Source: Paragordius varius (Eukaryota > Animalia > Nematomorpha). Taken from it: a stretch of DNA of 64,000 nucleotides. Positions within the stretch are counted from its first letter, which is position 1; the number at the start of each line of letters is the position of its first letter. A program made the translations under genes and the position numbers. The stretch is taken from NCBI GenBank assembly GCA_964247055.1, contig OZ176055.1:1550001-1614000 (forward strand), given 5' to 3'. This document shows, piece after piece, positions 12,883 through 25,900 of this stretch. The notes beneath the pieces were generated by a model. The model was not told the DNA's origin and made no database searches. It was given only the letters and a program-made list of their open reading frames with translations.

Positions 12883-14720
12883 CAGTGGTACTCAAACCGC
12901 GGCCCTAAGAGTGCTTTAAAATTCCCCTATGACTATATTGATAAAATTATTTTTTTATTGATAAATTTTTAAGATACATATAAACTAATTTTCGCTTATT
13001 TTAATATTATTTTTTTCTTTAAATTTAATTTTGGTAATTTTTATTTTTACCAATTTGAAACGTAAAAAATTTCCCTATATTAAAATTTAAAAGTTTTGGC
13101 TTACGTTGTTTCTGTTTCTGTATTCTATTTCTCTTTATTTTGAAACTTTTATTGCATTCTTTTTTGTATTTAAGCAAGTCTTTCAGCCAAACTTGAATAT
13201 ACAAATTTTTTGCTTCATCTTTTTAAAAACTCATTCCTATAAATTTTTTTTCAAATCAACATCATAAATTTTCGACCTTTTTTCATAGCATAATTCAAAT
13301 TATATTCCTATTTTTTGTAAAAATTTACATAATGTTTAAACATAAATTCAAATAATGACATCTAATGCTAAAAAACGTAAATTATCCGATGATATTCACT
13401 CCTTTAAAAAGGAATGGAAAGAAATTTTTTTTATCGTTTTAAATAAAAATGTTGTTATCAGCCTTATATGTATGGACAACATAATTATAAAAAATACAAT
13501 ATTGAACCACATTTTACAATCTTCATTCTCATAAATTACCAGAAAATCATGAGGAAAGAAACGAATAATATAAAAAGATAAGGTATTATACCAGAAAGAA
13601 TTCCCAGGAAAAAGCTTTAACATTAGCTTCGTATGAAATTCGCTATAATTTAGGAAAAAATATGAAACCGTTTACTGATTCCCAACTAATTAATGAATGT
13701 CTAATTAATGGTTGTACTTTTTTACTTGATATATAATTCCATAATAAAGATCAAATCATGAGGCAAATTAAAAAACTTCAACTTTCTGCAACATGTGCTC
13801 GACGCATTGAAGATATGTCTGAATATATTTTTAACAATACATTATTGGCTCTGAAAAACTGCAAATATTTTAGTATTGCTATTGATTCTGCCACCAATAT
13901 TAGTTCACTACCTCAATGTGCCCTCTTCGTGAGATTTTGAACGACAACATAATTAACAAGAATAATTAAAATTTTTAATGAATAATACCACGAAAGGAAG
14001 TGATTTTCTCGAAATAATCATTACTTTTTCGATAATAATGGTATATCTACGAATGGTTTCGATCTGCACAGATGGCTGTCCCTTATGATTGGAATAAACG
14101 AACGATATATTCCTCTTTTGAAAAACAAATAAAATTTGCAAAATATTTAATCTTTCACTGCTTTTTTCATCAGCAAAACTTGGCGTGTTAAAGTTGAATC
14201 CCTCAATTCACTAATTAAAACGGTTGTGGATATAGTTAACCATATCGGTGGCAGAAAATTCATAGATTTAAAAACCTTTTAAAAGATATCCACAGTGATT
14301 TTGATGTTATTCTTTTGTACATCGCTGCCAGATGGCTAAGCTTTAGCAAAATATTAAATAGATTTTTTGTTTTAAGATTCTATTATTTATAAAAAATGAC
14401 CGAAAGTTTGACGAAGAAATTAATAGTAACGAATGGTGGGTTTTATTAGCCTATCTTTGCGACATTATCTATAAACTTAGTATTAATACAAGTCTTCAAG
14501 GGAACAAAGTATTAACCCAATTTGATATTCAAATATTTGCTTTTTGAGAAAAAATAATATACAAACAAGATTTTATAAATAAAACACTCCTATATTTTCC
14601 AACACTTAAAACGATTCATGAAGAAAATATGGAATTTGCGGAGATTAATTTAATAATAGATCGTTTGACATTTTTATCTAATGAGATGAAATTCAGTTTT
14701 CAAGAATATTTAAAATTGCT
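12883..14720 (+). mobile_element. Degenerate hAT (Charlie/Buster/SPIN-like, GTF2IRD2-like) transposon, 3' truncated
   Basis: Terminal cagtggtactcaaaccgcggccc; fragments CKYFSIAIDSATNISSLPQCALFVRF (ORF 13758) and ICTDG; frameshifted. Confidence 0.85.
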
Positions 14721-15399
14721 TAAAATTGGATAAAAATATATTTTAATTTTAATTTATCACAAATAATTTGGACAATGTTTATTTTGATATAAAGAGCACG
14801 GATTTCCCAAGGTTACAATTACAAAGATTGTTTTAACATTAAGGATTTCGTTGTAATTTAAGTCAAAATTTATATTCGAGTGTCTCTCCCTTATCGCATT
14901 TCATTATAACAACAGTTAAAAGTTAGAAGATAGTTTTTAAAACATTCCTTGTCATTAGTATAAAAGGTTAAAGAGCATTTTTATATAAAAATGGTAAAAA
15001 AAATCTTTAAAATATAAAATTATGCAAAAAACTGACCACATAAATAATACCAATTTCATTTTTATATTATTTATATGTTCTTTCCATGGATTTGACATCT
15101 CAATTATAAAAGTTGGTCGATTATATCAAGAAGAAATGACAAATTATATTTTATGCTAATATTTTTTGTTTTTAAATCACGCAAGTTTTTGGATATTAAA
15201 AAGCAATCAATCATATATCCAGCGCACCCGGTTATGTCAAAACTTAAATTACGAAATCTTCATGACCGCTTTATGATAACTTTCAGGTAAGTGTTGGTGG
15301 TTTTCAAATAAGATAAGCAGATTGGTGTGCTTAAATTATCTAATAACTTACTATTATTAAACATATATGCTTAACTTATTTATCATATTACCTCCACGC

Positions 15400-16160
15400 A
15401 TGTAAACACATGCTTTTAATCGAGTGGGAAAGGTACGGTATACCTACCCATCTCTTATCGATCTTTTTTACCAAAAACATTGATTTTATACCTTCTCCGA
15501 ATATTAGAATTAGTTATATTATATTCCTTACATATCCATAACATATTTCTCGTCACATTCCCCCAGTCTAAGCACATTCTGCTAATTTTGAAATCACGTA
15601 ATCTCAGCATCCGCATCGCAACGACGTGTGCCTACAACAATCACAAACTAGATATAGTAGTTAACGAAATGACTAAACATAAAATTGACATACTAGATTT
15701 CAGAATCCCACATTCCCTCTACCGAGAACTTTAGAATTTGACAATCATATTCTGTATTACTCCGGCCATGACTCGTTAAAATACAACGTCGGTATAATAA
15801 TGAACAAAAAGCTAGCTAACTTATCGGACATTTTTAATCCAATCAAGGAACGTATAATTTCAATCCGCATACAAACAACCCCTCAACCCATTACTATCTT
15901 TCAAATTTACGCCCCTACCTCCTCTTACAGCGATGACGACTGTGAAAAATTTTACAGTGATCTCGACTTGGCGATTTCCCAAATCTCAAAAAAAGATATC
16001 TTATTTATTTTAGGCGATTTCCATTTAATCATAGAAAGAGACAAAACACCTCCTATGACGGGCGGCATGGGCTGAGAGAGGAGACAGATTGATTGAATTT
16101 TGTGCTAGCCATCGTTTCATCGTCTCAAACACCCTTTTTAAACAGCCCAAACGACGTCTA
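15400..16160 (+). mobile_element. RTE-type LINE, AP-endonuclease fragment
   Basis: ORFs 15480 and 15800: ERIISIRIQTTPQPITIFQIYAPTSSYSDDDCEKFY...LFILGDF. Confidence 0.85.
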
Positions 16161-16879
16161 TGAAAAATACTCGCATATCATATCGACATAAATAAGCTAG
16201 CTGACAAGGTTACCAATGCGGTAGTTTTTTCAACAAGCGCCCCAAATATTGAAGATTACAACTTATAAAGGTTTTACATTTCCCATCACAGTGCTCTCAT
16301 GATTTTACAATGATGTTTAGACAAACTTGATATACCAGGTACCTGTGTTCTGATAGATGATATCGACTCAATACTACAAACGAAAATCATTAACAGGTAC
16401 GAGTTCAAATCGCCATTCCACTATTAAGATACTAATTTGTATTTAATCATGATATGGAGCCCACAAATAAACATTAGAGGTTTAAAAATGTTCTGTACCT
16501 TTTAACCAAACTGCGATCTTTTGAAAATTTTCTATGGTATATAAACCTACCTTAATTTGATATTGCTCAAGTTTAACGGAGACAACCAAAAAAAGGATTT
16601 TTCTAAAGCAAAAATTTATTAGCGGACTCCCGAATTTTGCCTTATTATAAACACTTTTCTCATTTAATTGAAAAGCAATTGAGTGAAACAATAATCCAAA
16701 AATTGGAAATATATATGCAAAAATATGCATGCAAAATCTTAGTAATTGATATTTCTTATACAAATTTTCTCAATATCTTTTACCATTGGAAACCAATTAA
16801 ATAAAATTGTTATATTTTAAATTTTAGGCGTTATGCTTAAAATGTAATAAATATTTATAAATTATATTCGATTGCAGGC

Positions 16880-17545
16880 GAAGACATTTGTGTTGGACAC
16901 CCCTATAGAACAACTCAGATAAAGCGCCATTCTTAGGTATATAAACGACATTTTATTGTCAGTAATATTAATAATGAGAACAACTCTACGCCTGAAATAA
17001 AGCGAAGAATTGCTATTGCTAAAGCAGTAACTTTTAAATATAACAGGATTTGGATGTCACATGACATTAAACTACAAACCAAAATCTGATTAATCAAAGC
17101 TACAGTTTTCCCCACATTCATGTATGGGGGGGGGGAAAGCTGGACACTGAAAAAATATGATGAACGTCTAATAAACTTTTTCGAATTATGGGTTTGGAGG
17201 AAACTTCTTCAAACAAAATGGACAGACAAAGTTTCAAACACCACCATTCTAAATAAAATTAACCCAGAAATGTCACTTCTTGGCAGCTTAACACGGCAAA
17301 AACTCTCCTTCTTCGGGCACATCATAAGATCCAGCTCACTTGAAAAATCACTGATGCTGGGGAAAGTGAGTGGTGCCCGAAAAAGAGGGAGTAGACGAAC
17401 TCGTTGGATGGATAACATCCTTAAAGAAACCAACCAATCCTTATCCGACCTAAACAACAAAACCGGAAATCGCAATGAATGGAGAAGCTTTATTTTCAAT
17501 GTTGCAATTAGTCGGAATCGACTTTAGCAAAACAACAACAACAAA
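16880..17545 (+). mobile_element. RTE-type LINE 3' end
   Basis: ORF 17120-17527 YGGESWTLKK...FELWVWRKLL...FFGHIIR...GARKRG...RWMD; (caa)n tail at ~17531-17545. Confidence 0.9.
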
Positions 17546-17979
17546 TCCAGAGCAGTAAATATGTTTTTTAAAAATTTATATATCCCTTGGTTGCTTTGTT
17601 GGAATAAAAGGTTAATAACAGTAATAATTTAAGGTGGATGCACAAATCTATCGAATAAGATTATAAAATATACTACAAAGAGGGTCAAAATTAGCGCACC
17701 CGCCATCTAATTATTTATTTACAGTTATTATGACGAGGAGGATTATGCGGTTGACAAAATAAGCCATTATTCAGATAAAACGTTCTTGATGTAAGAAAAA
17801 GAGTCGAGAAAGCAACAAATAGTGAACAATCCTTAAGAGAGTTATAATGAATATAACAAACAATTTGGAAGTTATAAATTAATTTTTTATATAAAAACCT
17901 TTCTACTCTTTTATGGGTAGATTATTTTGGTGTCATCAATATTATCAGCCCAATGGGTATTTTAACACCTTTATAAGTG

Positions 17980-18420
17980 GCTTCACATACATATTGGTAA
18001 CCATGGGACGATTAACATTGGTAATATAGATAGCGCCTCCTGATTGGGTAAAAAGAATTTATTTAGAGCGATAGCAACAAAGAGGATTCTGAATTGTCTT
18101 GAAAAACATATCTCTAGTTTAGTCCCTAGAATCGTAACCGACAATACAGATGCTTTGTAGCTAAAGAAGTTAAATTGGTTTTGGTCAATATCAATTAAAA
18201 CATATCCGCGAGAAAATTTATCATCCCAAAACAACGGATTGGTGGAAAAGATGAAGGTAACGACTACATAATACCATTCAAGCCAATGGATGTATACAAG
18301 GAAATAAACGGGATTTATCCTAGAGATCGAGTTTCCATGCTTCGTTAAAGTGTTTTGTCCTTTGCATTCCCATAAACTAAAGTTTACAGTGTTCGAGGGT
18401 TGACTCCTGCCGAATATATA
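17980..18420 (+). mobile_element. Decayed LTR-retrotransposon integrase (rve) remnant
   Basis: Plus-frame VPRIVTDN...SSQNNGLVEKMK and terminal GLTPAEY, with stops. Confidence 0.65.
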
Positions 18421-19900
18421 TAACATAAGAAAAAACCGCGTCGAGAATATCAGCCCATTTAAACTATCTATTTTAAAAGGAGCTAAGATAAGGTTTTAGA
18501 CGGGGCATATGAAAGAAAGAGGACTTCTTCCGAGCCGGATACGGAGGGACTCAGCCAATAACACACTGATTATCAAAATATTAGAATACCCCGATACGAT
18601 TTACAGGGTAAATATCACTTATCCCATCGTCTCCAATTATTACAGCTTGATCCCCACACAGCATTATACACTGATGGCATTAGCCTCGTTACTGAAACGA
18701 CTTCACCGCTCACATATACAACGCTCAACCCTACCTAGTTAAACTACTTATAATCAGATTTCTAGCAAAGAAGTTCCTTACCCGGAAAGAATACCCTTTA
18801 GAAAAGCTGCAGGCTCTTAATAGAATAAAATTTGGGGTCAGTGTAAAGAACATCATGGAAATTAGTCAGTCACATATAATTATATAAGCATTTTACTTAA
18901 TTTATGCAGATAGACACAGTTTTTAATTATCATCATATTTTGTAGACATGCAAATAAGAATTGGACAGTCTGACATATTGTATATTCGATAAAATAAATA
19001 AATTCCAAAGAAATATCATAAATATTTTGCCAGTACGCATCTAGCATTCAATCATTCTATCATTCAGTATTTAATAAAATGCCGAAAATGTACTTTTATT
19101 CATACTGTAAATTAGCTCAGAGTGTAAAGAAAATCAAAATTCCAAAGTTCATCATGCTGGTATTATATATAATTATTTGTTGAAAAAGACTATTAATCTG
19201 CATTAAAATCTTACTTGTTATTTTCCAATCATGAAAATCACATAAAAAAGATATAACAACAGTTCGTGAGACTTAGACTACGAACCAATAAAAAGTAGAC
19301 AAAATACTCGCCTAATTAAATTTAACTTTTGTTATTTTGTTAATTGGTTACTTTTATGAATCAAGTTTTTCTTATGCTATGTGCACCCCCGTAATATCAC
19401 TGTGGGAAAAGATTGGCTTAATACTATAATCATGACCCTTTGATGATATGATAATTTTTTTAGTGTTTTTGGCTCATTATCATAAATCAAAAAAACCCAC
19501 GAACTAGTAAATTAATAGGGTATATTATAAAATAAAACAATAAAAACCTAAAAACGAAACTTCTATTTTTACTAAAGTGCATGATAATCAGCAAAATCTA
19601 ATTTTTTAGCCTCTTTTTATGTTTGAAGAGGCGATTATTAATGAGGAATGACACATAATGACTAGTGCTCAAAGGTCTTTTATGTTGACATAATCGGTTA
19701 TAAAGAATATCTAAATTTCTTAACATTATAAAGGGGGTTTTGAAATTTTAAATCAATTAATATGTATAAAACGGATAAATAATATTGGATGCTGATTAAA
19801 TTTATTATATATATGTAAAAAATTAACAAACTATTGTGACCAACACCAAAAAATTAAAGTTTGTTGCTAAAAATATTTGAAAGTTAAAAGTTGGTTTAAC

Positions 19901-22900
19901 TCATTCATTGTCACAATTTTCCGACAACTCATTAGCTATACATGAAAAGTTTTGTGCAACCTCCGGCATAGAACCAAGCACCGAAAATGCTTCTCGTTTA
20001 TCATCATCTGGGTATTCAAAGGGACCGTCACAGTATTCCTAATTAACATATATTTTGTAATAATTATGACACATATATTATTAACAGCGAGCGCACAAAA
20101 TCGGGCATCAAAAATATCCTGATTAATTATCTCTATTTAGACAGAAACATGTAATGTGGCAATCAGAGTGCTTTTAGTTTTAGGACTTAATACTCATAAA
20201 TATCATTTTTTATGGTATTCCTCGATTCATATAACTAAATTGGCACACCATCGGTCGAAGAAAAAGCTTTAATATAAAACCAAAATATGTTTACTGCTTT
20301 TTATATATATAACAACAATTTTTTTAGAATTTGGGGTTGGAAAATTGTATTTATAAAATGAAACATTATGTAAAGGATTCTATTTTGAGCGATCAAAAAA
20401 CCAGTTTGACTGTTTATGCTATAATTGGAATTTTTTGTATATAAATAAAAAGCCGTCTTTATAATAAATAAAAAAACTGATAAAATTTTTTTTATATGAT
20501 TTATTGATTAATTAATTAATTTTTACATTAAGTAATGTTGATTAACTATCGCATAAAAATAAACCTAGATCAAATGATCTGACTAATTCTTTACATTTAC
20601 GCTTAAACCGGTCAAAAACTATATATTAATTTGTGAATATTAACCCTTTTTAGATGTGACAATTATTTAAAATATTGCGACTTATATAAAAATTACCTTC
20701 AACATGGATTCTACCATATTTATTCGTTTATCTTGTTCTGATAATTGCTATATAAATCATCAAAAATAATAAAAAATATGGGTTATCATATAATTATTGT
20801 CATATAATAAAATTAATTGGAAAACATGAAAATTTTTACCTTTGCCTTTTCTAAAGACCTCCGGAAGTGTTTTTTAAGCTCAAATTCGTCATCATGACAA
20901 TTTGATTCTTCTATAATATTAATTTTACGATTATGATCAAGTTACATTGAAACTATTTTATAAATTATTACCAAAGGGTAACAGCGTATAAGCAAGCCAG
21001 AAATTGTTGCTAAAAGTCATAAAATGGAGCGAAAATTACATAAAATATTTGAAATTATATGTGATTTATAGATGGTTACTTACCTAAATTTAGAGTTGGC
21101 TTCAAAATTTATGATCGGCAAATCTCTATTAGATTTAAAAAAACATATATAATATAGATTCACCTGAGTAAATACAATTGAAGATTTAGCCACGGCGAAA
21201 GAAGGAAGCACTCTTTAAACAAAGTTAAGATATTTCAATCAATCGCCGTGCCACAAATCAAATCATTTATTAAATTATCACATATTTAGTCATAAACCGT
21301 TATATTGACTTATTTTTATAATTCAGATAAAAATAAATTTGTTGTTCTATTTAGATGAAATATCAGTTTGTTTTGATAACATAACGGTTTCTTTGCGATT
21401 TTTTTCATTCTCCATTATCGGTTTCTTTGTGAATTAATATAAGTAGACTCAATCATTATTAATTTTTTAAATTAACTAAATAATTATCTGTAAACTGTAT
21501 CTCCTGACGATGCCTTTGGTTAAAGTTTGAGAATATTTCTTTTTATTTTATTTTACAACGATTCCCACATCGTATTAAAATGAATATTTTAAACAATAAT
21601 ATATATAATTATCAATAAATCATTATAAAATCCATCCTTTTGAACCCTATTTTTTATTTTTTGTTTTTTTGTAACTTTTAACATTTATAAAACTACTTTA
21701 TAATTAAACTAAATAGGCATCATTCAATATTTGAACCAATCAATGTTCAATAATGCAGTTACAAGCATGTTCATGGAATTAATGATGAGATATAGGAATT
21801 CAAGTTTATGAATAGTCAAAGATAATTTTATTCAAAAATCTATTATTACATATATAAGGCAGATAAAATAGGGCGAAAATTACAAAAGTATTGTTTTAAA
21901 AATTAATTATCATTTTGTGTTATCCTATAAACAAGCATTGAGATTTCTAAAAATCTTAATTAGATTAATGAATAAAGGTGTGTCCTTTAGGCAATGTTCC
22001 CAACGTGGTAATCCATTCAAATTTAATAATGTCTATTAGTAATTGCTTTACTAAATATTGAAATATATACACATGAAATGTAACAGCATTTTTTTTTTCG
22101 AAATACCGCTGTAGTTTTGTTTCTAATTGTCTTATATGGCAAATGTGAATTACATATGTAAATTAGTAAAACAATCATTATTGTATGTAGATGTAATTAA
22201 TTAATATATATGCTGAAAAATAAATTTTAAAAAAGTATGGCTGTCATTGAAAAAAGATAATTTCGTCTTTATAGTTTAATGTTTTGTCTTTATAACACTG
22301 GACAACAAATTTTTCGGCCACTCGAGTTTTTTGCATTTTCTGATATTTAATATCATTATAACAGTAGATCTGAAATAAAAATTATAATGATGGAAGAATT
22401 TTGTATTATTTGATTTTTTTGATTATGCGCCCTCTTTATCAAAATTTTACTAGAAAATGTTTTTCTTTGAAAATATACAGTAATGCCCATTTGTAATATA
22501 TCATCCGAAAGATTAATAAAAACTCTATATAATGCATACTAATATGTATTACATCGACAGTTAATATTGGACACAAAGAGCGACAAACGCGCGAAGCGAG
22601 AGCACTTTTTTTAATCATTATATTTTTATAACTAATGGATGAAAATAGCTCAAACTAAGTCTAGATGGTGATGAATGCCCAAAAAAGATAATACAAGAAA
22701 GTTTCTTTGATTATCCTTTTATGTCACTCAAACAGCCATTTTTAAGTTTTTTGTTTTTATTACCATCTCATCAATATTAATTTATTTTCTTTACGAGGCT
22801 GATAATTTCGAAATTTTAAAGATAAAAACAAAGTTTAAGGTATTTTTGATCTTTTATAGCCATTATGATAAATTTACAGTTATAACTATGCATTTTAGTT

Positions 22901-25900
22901 TGTCTGTGAAAATTCTTGACTTAAAGGATTAAAAATTTCGACCATTTAAATTCAAATAACTTTTACATCCGATTGATTTAAATGACTTACTACCATTTAA
23001 AAGATGCAGTTTTTTGCGCTCTTTCGAATGATATAAAATACATGGCTTCATATTTAAAACTTTTAATTTTCGAAATTTCGAGTTTAATGTTAGATCGGGG
23101 CCAAAAATTATCGATAAACTCTTATATAAAGAAATTCTTGCATGCTAGACCAATTTTTTTCAGATATACTAATTATGTACTATGAAATAAATTTTAAATT
23201 TACAAGAATGGCAGTTAAAAAAAGTTAAAATTTGTTGTCTAGTGTAATTTACTAATTATTGACTGATTCCATACAAAAAATTTTTTGAAGTTGAAATAAT
23301 ATAAAAATCCCAAATAATAGGATCCTTATATCTGCATTATCGGTGACAAATCTTGATAATTCGCATGTAAAATCCTTCAATTTGTTTCTAGTTTCATTTT
23401 TAATAAAATTTTTTTAATTGTTTTTCGCCCCCCCCCCCCCCCCCCCCCTTGAATTTTTCTACGCCTCCCTTGGGGACGTTGCCCTCTTTTTGGGAATCAC
23501 TGCCACAAGACTTGAAGGCCCGTGGAAAATTTGGAATTATAATATGCAGAAATGGCAAGATCTCCGTAAAATAATCTATCTTATAACAATTATTTTCTTA
23601 ACAAATTCATCTAATTGCCAACGGACCATAAGCCTATTTGTGTTTGCATTTCTAGCCTTTTATGTTTAAAATCTAATGAATTATTTATGAATATATATAT
23701 TTCGAACGAGGCAATTTTTCGAGTTGAAAATGCGGCCTGTGAAGTCACGCCTGTTGGACACCACTGATTTGAAGACATGATATTTCTATTTAATAGTACA
23801 CTTACATGGAAGGTGCAATATTTCGAAAGTGGGGAACAATTTTTAAGGCCTCATCTAAGTTGTCTATGAAGTCCCCGGCTTTCGGTTTTGGTTTGATCTA
23901 AAAAATTATATCAATTAACATCTCTGATAAAAAACTAGTTTAAACTTAATTAGCCAAATCATAATTTATATATAAAGTTTAATAACTCACCAATTCTATC
24001 GGATCATGTTTTGGTGCGAACTCTGATATAGTTTCATTTATATCCTAATATATAACATATTATATTTAAGGTCAAATTTTGGGTAAGAGTAAACAACGCT
24101 TTTGACAAACTAATTCGTCCCCGTTTACAAATTAATTATATACACGGCTCAGTTTAATCTACTAATCCAATCCGATTTCACTAAAGCTTTATTTGATCCA
24201 ATATATTTGATATTTTAAATTTAATATTTTTGAACTTAAGCTGTCACTAAAAATATATAGTTTTGGGATTCAAAAATATAATTTTAGTTATATAAATATT
24301 GCTTAATTTTTTTATAGACAAAAATACGAAAAGCAATCAACTCATATCCTTGACTGTGTGGCAAAAATTAAATGTCACATTTGATAGCTAAAAGCTTCAG
24401 GATAATGAATATGGAATCGACAAATGCGGATAAAAAAATAGTTGTTTTAATTATTCTGCTATTATCCGAAATCGAAAAATCGCATTCGCACATTATGCAA
24501 AATAAAATTGAAATACATTGGAGGAAAGCGCGTCCACCATATTTTAGTAGATGTGCAGATTATCGAAATTACATTTTTTGAAGGATAGAAATTTTACAAG
24601 ACGGAAACTGGACAAATTTAAACAATTTAGGTGATAAAAGATTTTAATTATTATTTTAAAATCATGTTTTTACTTTTCAAAGTGCGTATAGCTTTAATTA
24701 TTGCAAGCATGGTCGATTACATTTTTTAACACAGAATATGCCATGTAGAACAACATAAATACTCAAACAGAACTCCTGACAGAGTGTTTAAAATTAAATA
24801 TAGCTTAATATTTTGGTCAGGTAATGAATAGGCTTTTTGCAGTCAATATTGTTATGATATGGGTAATAATTAAGAATCTAATAATTAAGCCTGATTATCA
24901 AAAATAGCACTATTTAAAATGAATAAATATAGCCAATACAATTACGAAAATGCTGATTCCTTATACTAATAAATATTGCCTAAACTTACAAATTCTGCGG
25001 TTTATACCTGAGTTATTATATTTTTGTATATACCAAAAAGTTACGATAAAAATGTATATTTTTATCAAAAATTTGGCATTTTTGTTTATATTAAATAAAT
25101 ACTTCATCTTCATGTGTGTTCAGTCGGACATCGGTAACAAATTTTTGTATGTTTTCCTAAAACAAATAGAAGTAAAATATCATTATTTAAAAAAAGATAA
25201 ATTTATTTTTTACCATATATTCAGTTGGTAATTCAAGTTGAGTCGAATATGTTAGGTAACGGTAGAAATCCGGATGAAAGTGTAACATATTGAAACATCT
25301 AGTGGGCAAATGGGTAGAATTAAAATATTTTTGAGTATCATCAACTGCGACCCGAAAATCTCTAAAAGTTGGAGCAGTAAAGGCTGCCAAATCATTCGCC
25401 ATAAATAGGATTAAAAGATCCTTCAACATTCTAATTATATGATAATATATATGTATTTAGGATATAGTATCAAATTTTCATATATGTCAAAAATGGTTGG
25501 ATGTAGAATCCAACCCAGTCAGTGTTTCAGAAAAGAATTATCATAATGCACAAGATGATTTTATTTTAACACTATTTTATTATTCAAAAGCAGCATTTTA
25601 TGAAGTGTATAGTTATAACTATATTGGATGATCACTTATTAGCCTTACCTTGGATTTTGTTTTAACATGGAACCAATGAATGTGCTATATTTTTTCGTAA
25701 AATCAGTATTTTCATCTATGAATTCGAATTCATCTTGGCACACCATCCCAACCTTTTCCCAACGTTTTCTCATAGCAACCCTCATAATTTTCTAATAAAA
25801 TAAATTATTTTTTGTACTTGATATATGTCGTCATCGCTCATGTCTTTGATATCCTAAAAAACATTACTATAAAAGAACTATACCTTTTCCCAATCAACGC

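Larger units (their letters stand above)
1..14700 (+). repeat. Recent segmental duplication, paralogous to ~25777-46600
   Basis: Position 1 matches 25777 and the sequence is near-identical through AC 5' half, intergenic region and B 5' part, apart from insertions. Confidence 0.9.
4560..19150 (+). pseudogene. Family B copy 1: M13/neprilysin-like pseudogene interrupted by tandem triplication, hAT, RTE and integrase remnants
   Basis: Plus-strand motifs in M13 order: SDFRKEYMIDIQ (~10940), KDWPCIDENKLNQNIEIIIGGIEYLKELKSFY (~12195), PNKCWTTIDFALPSKILFYFY (12754), SFHGFDISIIKVGRLY (15079-15126), FWILKSNQSYIQRTRLCQNLNY (15187-15252), KNIME (18846), VFNKMPKMYFYSYC (~19067). In-frame stops and frameshifts are frequent. 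Confidence 0.7.

Noticed and set aside
24372-24581. Plus-strand ORF with a hydrophobic stretch
   Set aside because: Not conserved as an ORF in the paralogous 55260-55450 region; lies antisense within AC2.
25187-25429. Reading this ORF as the last exon (M13 C-terminus) of a short gene
   Set aside because: A GTAAAA donor inside it and a GTAT donor in the next exon are conserved in copy 3, and a better M13 C-terminal exon lies at 19901-20038.
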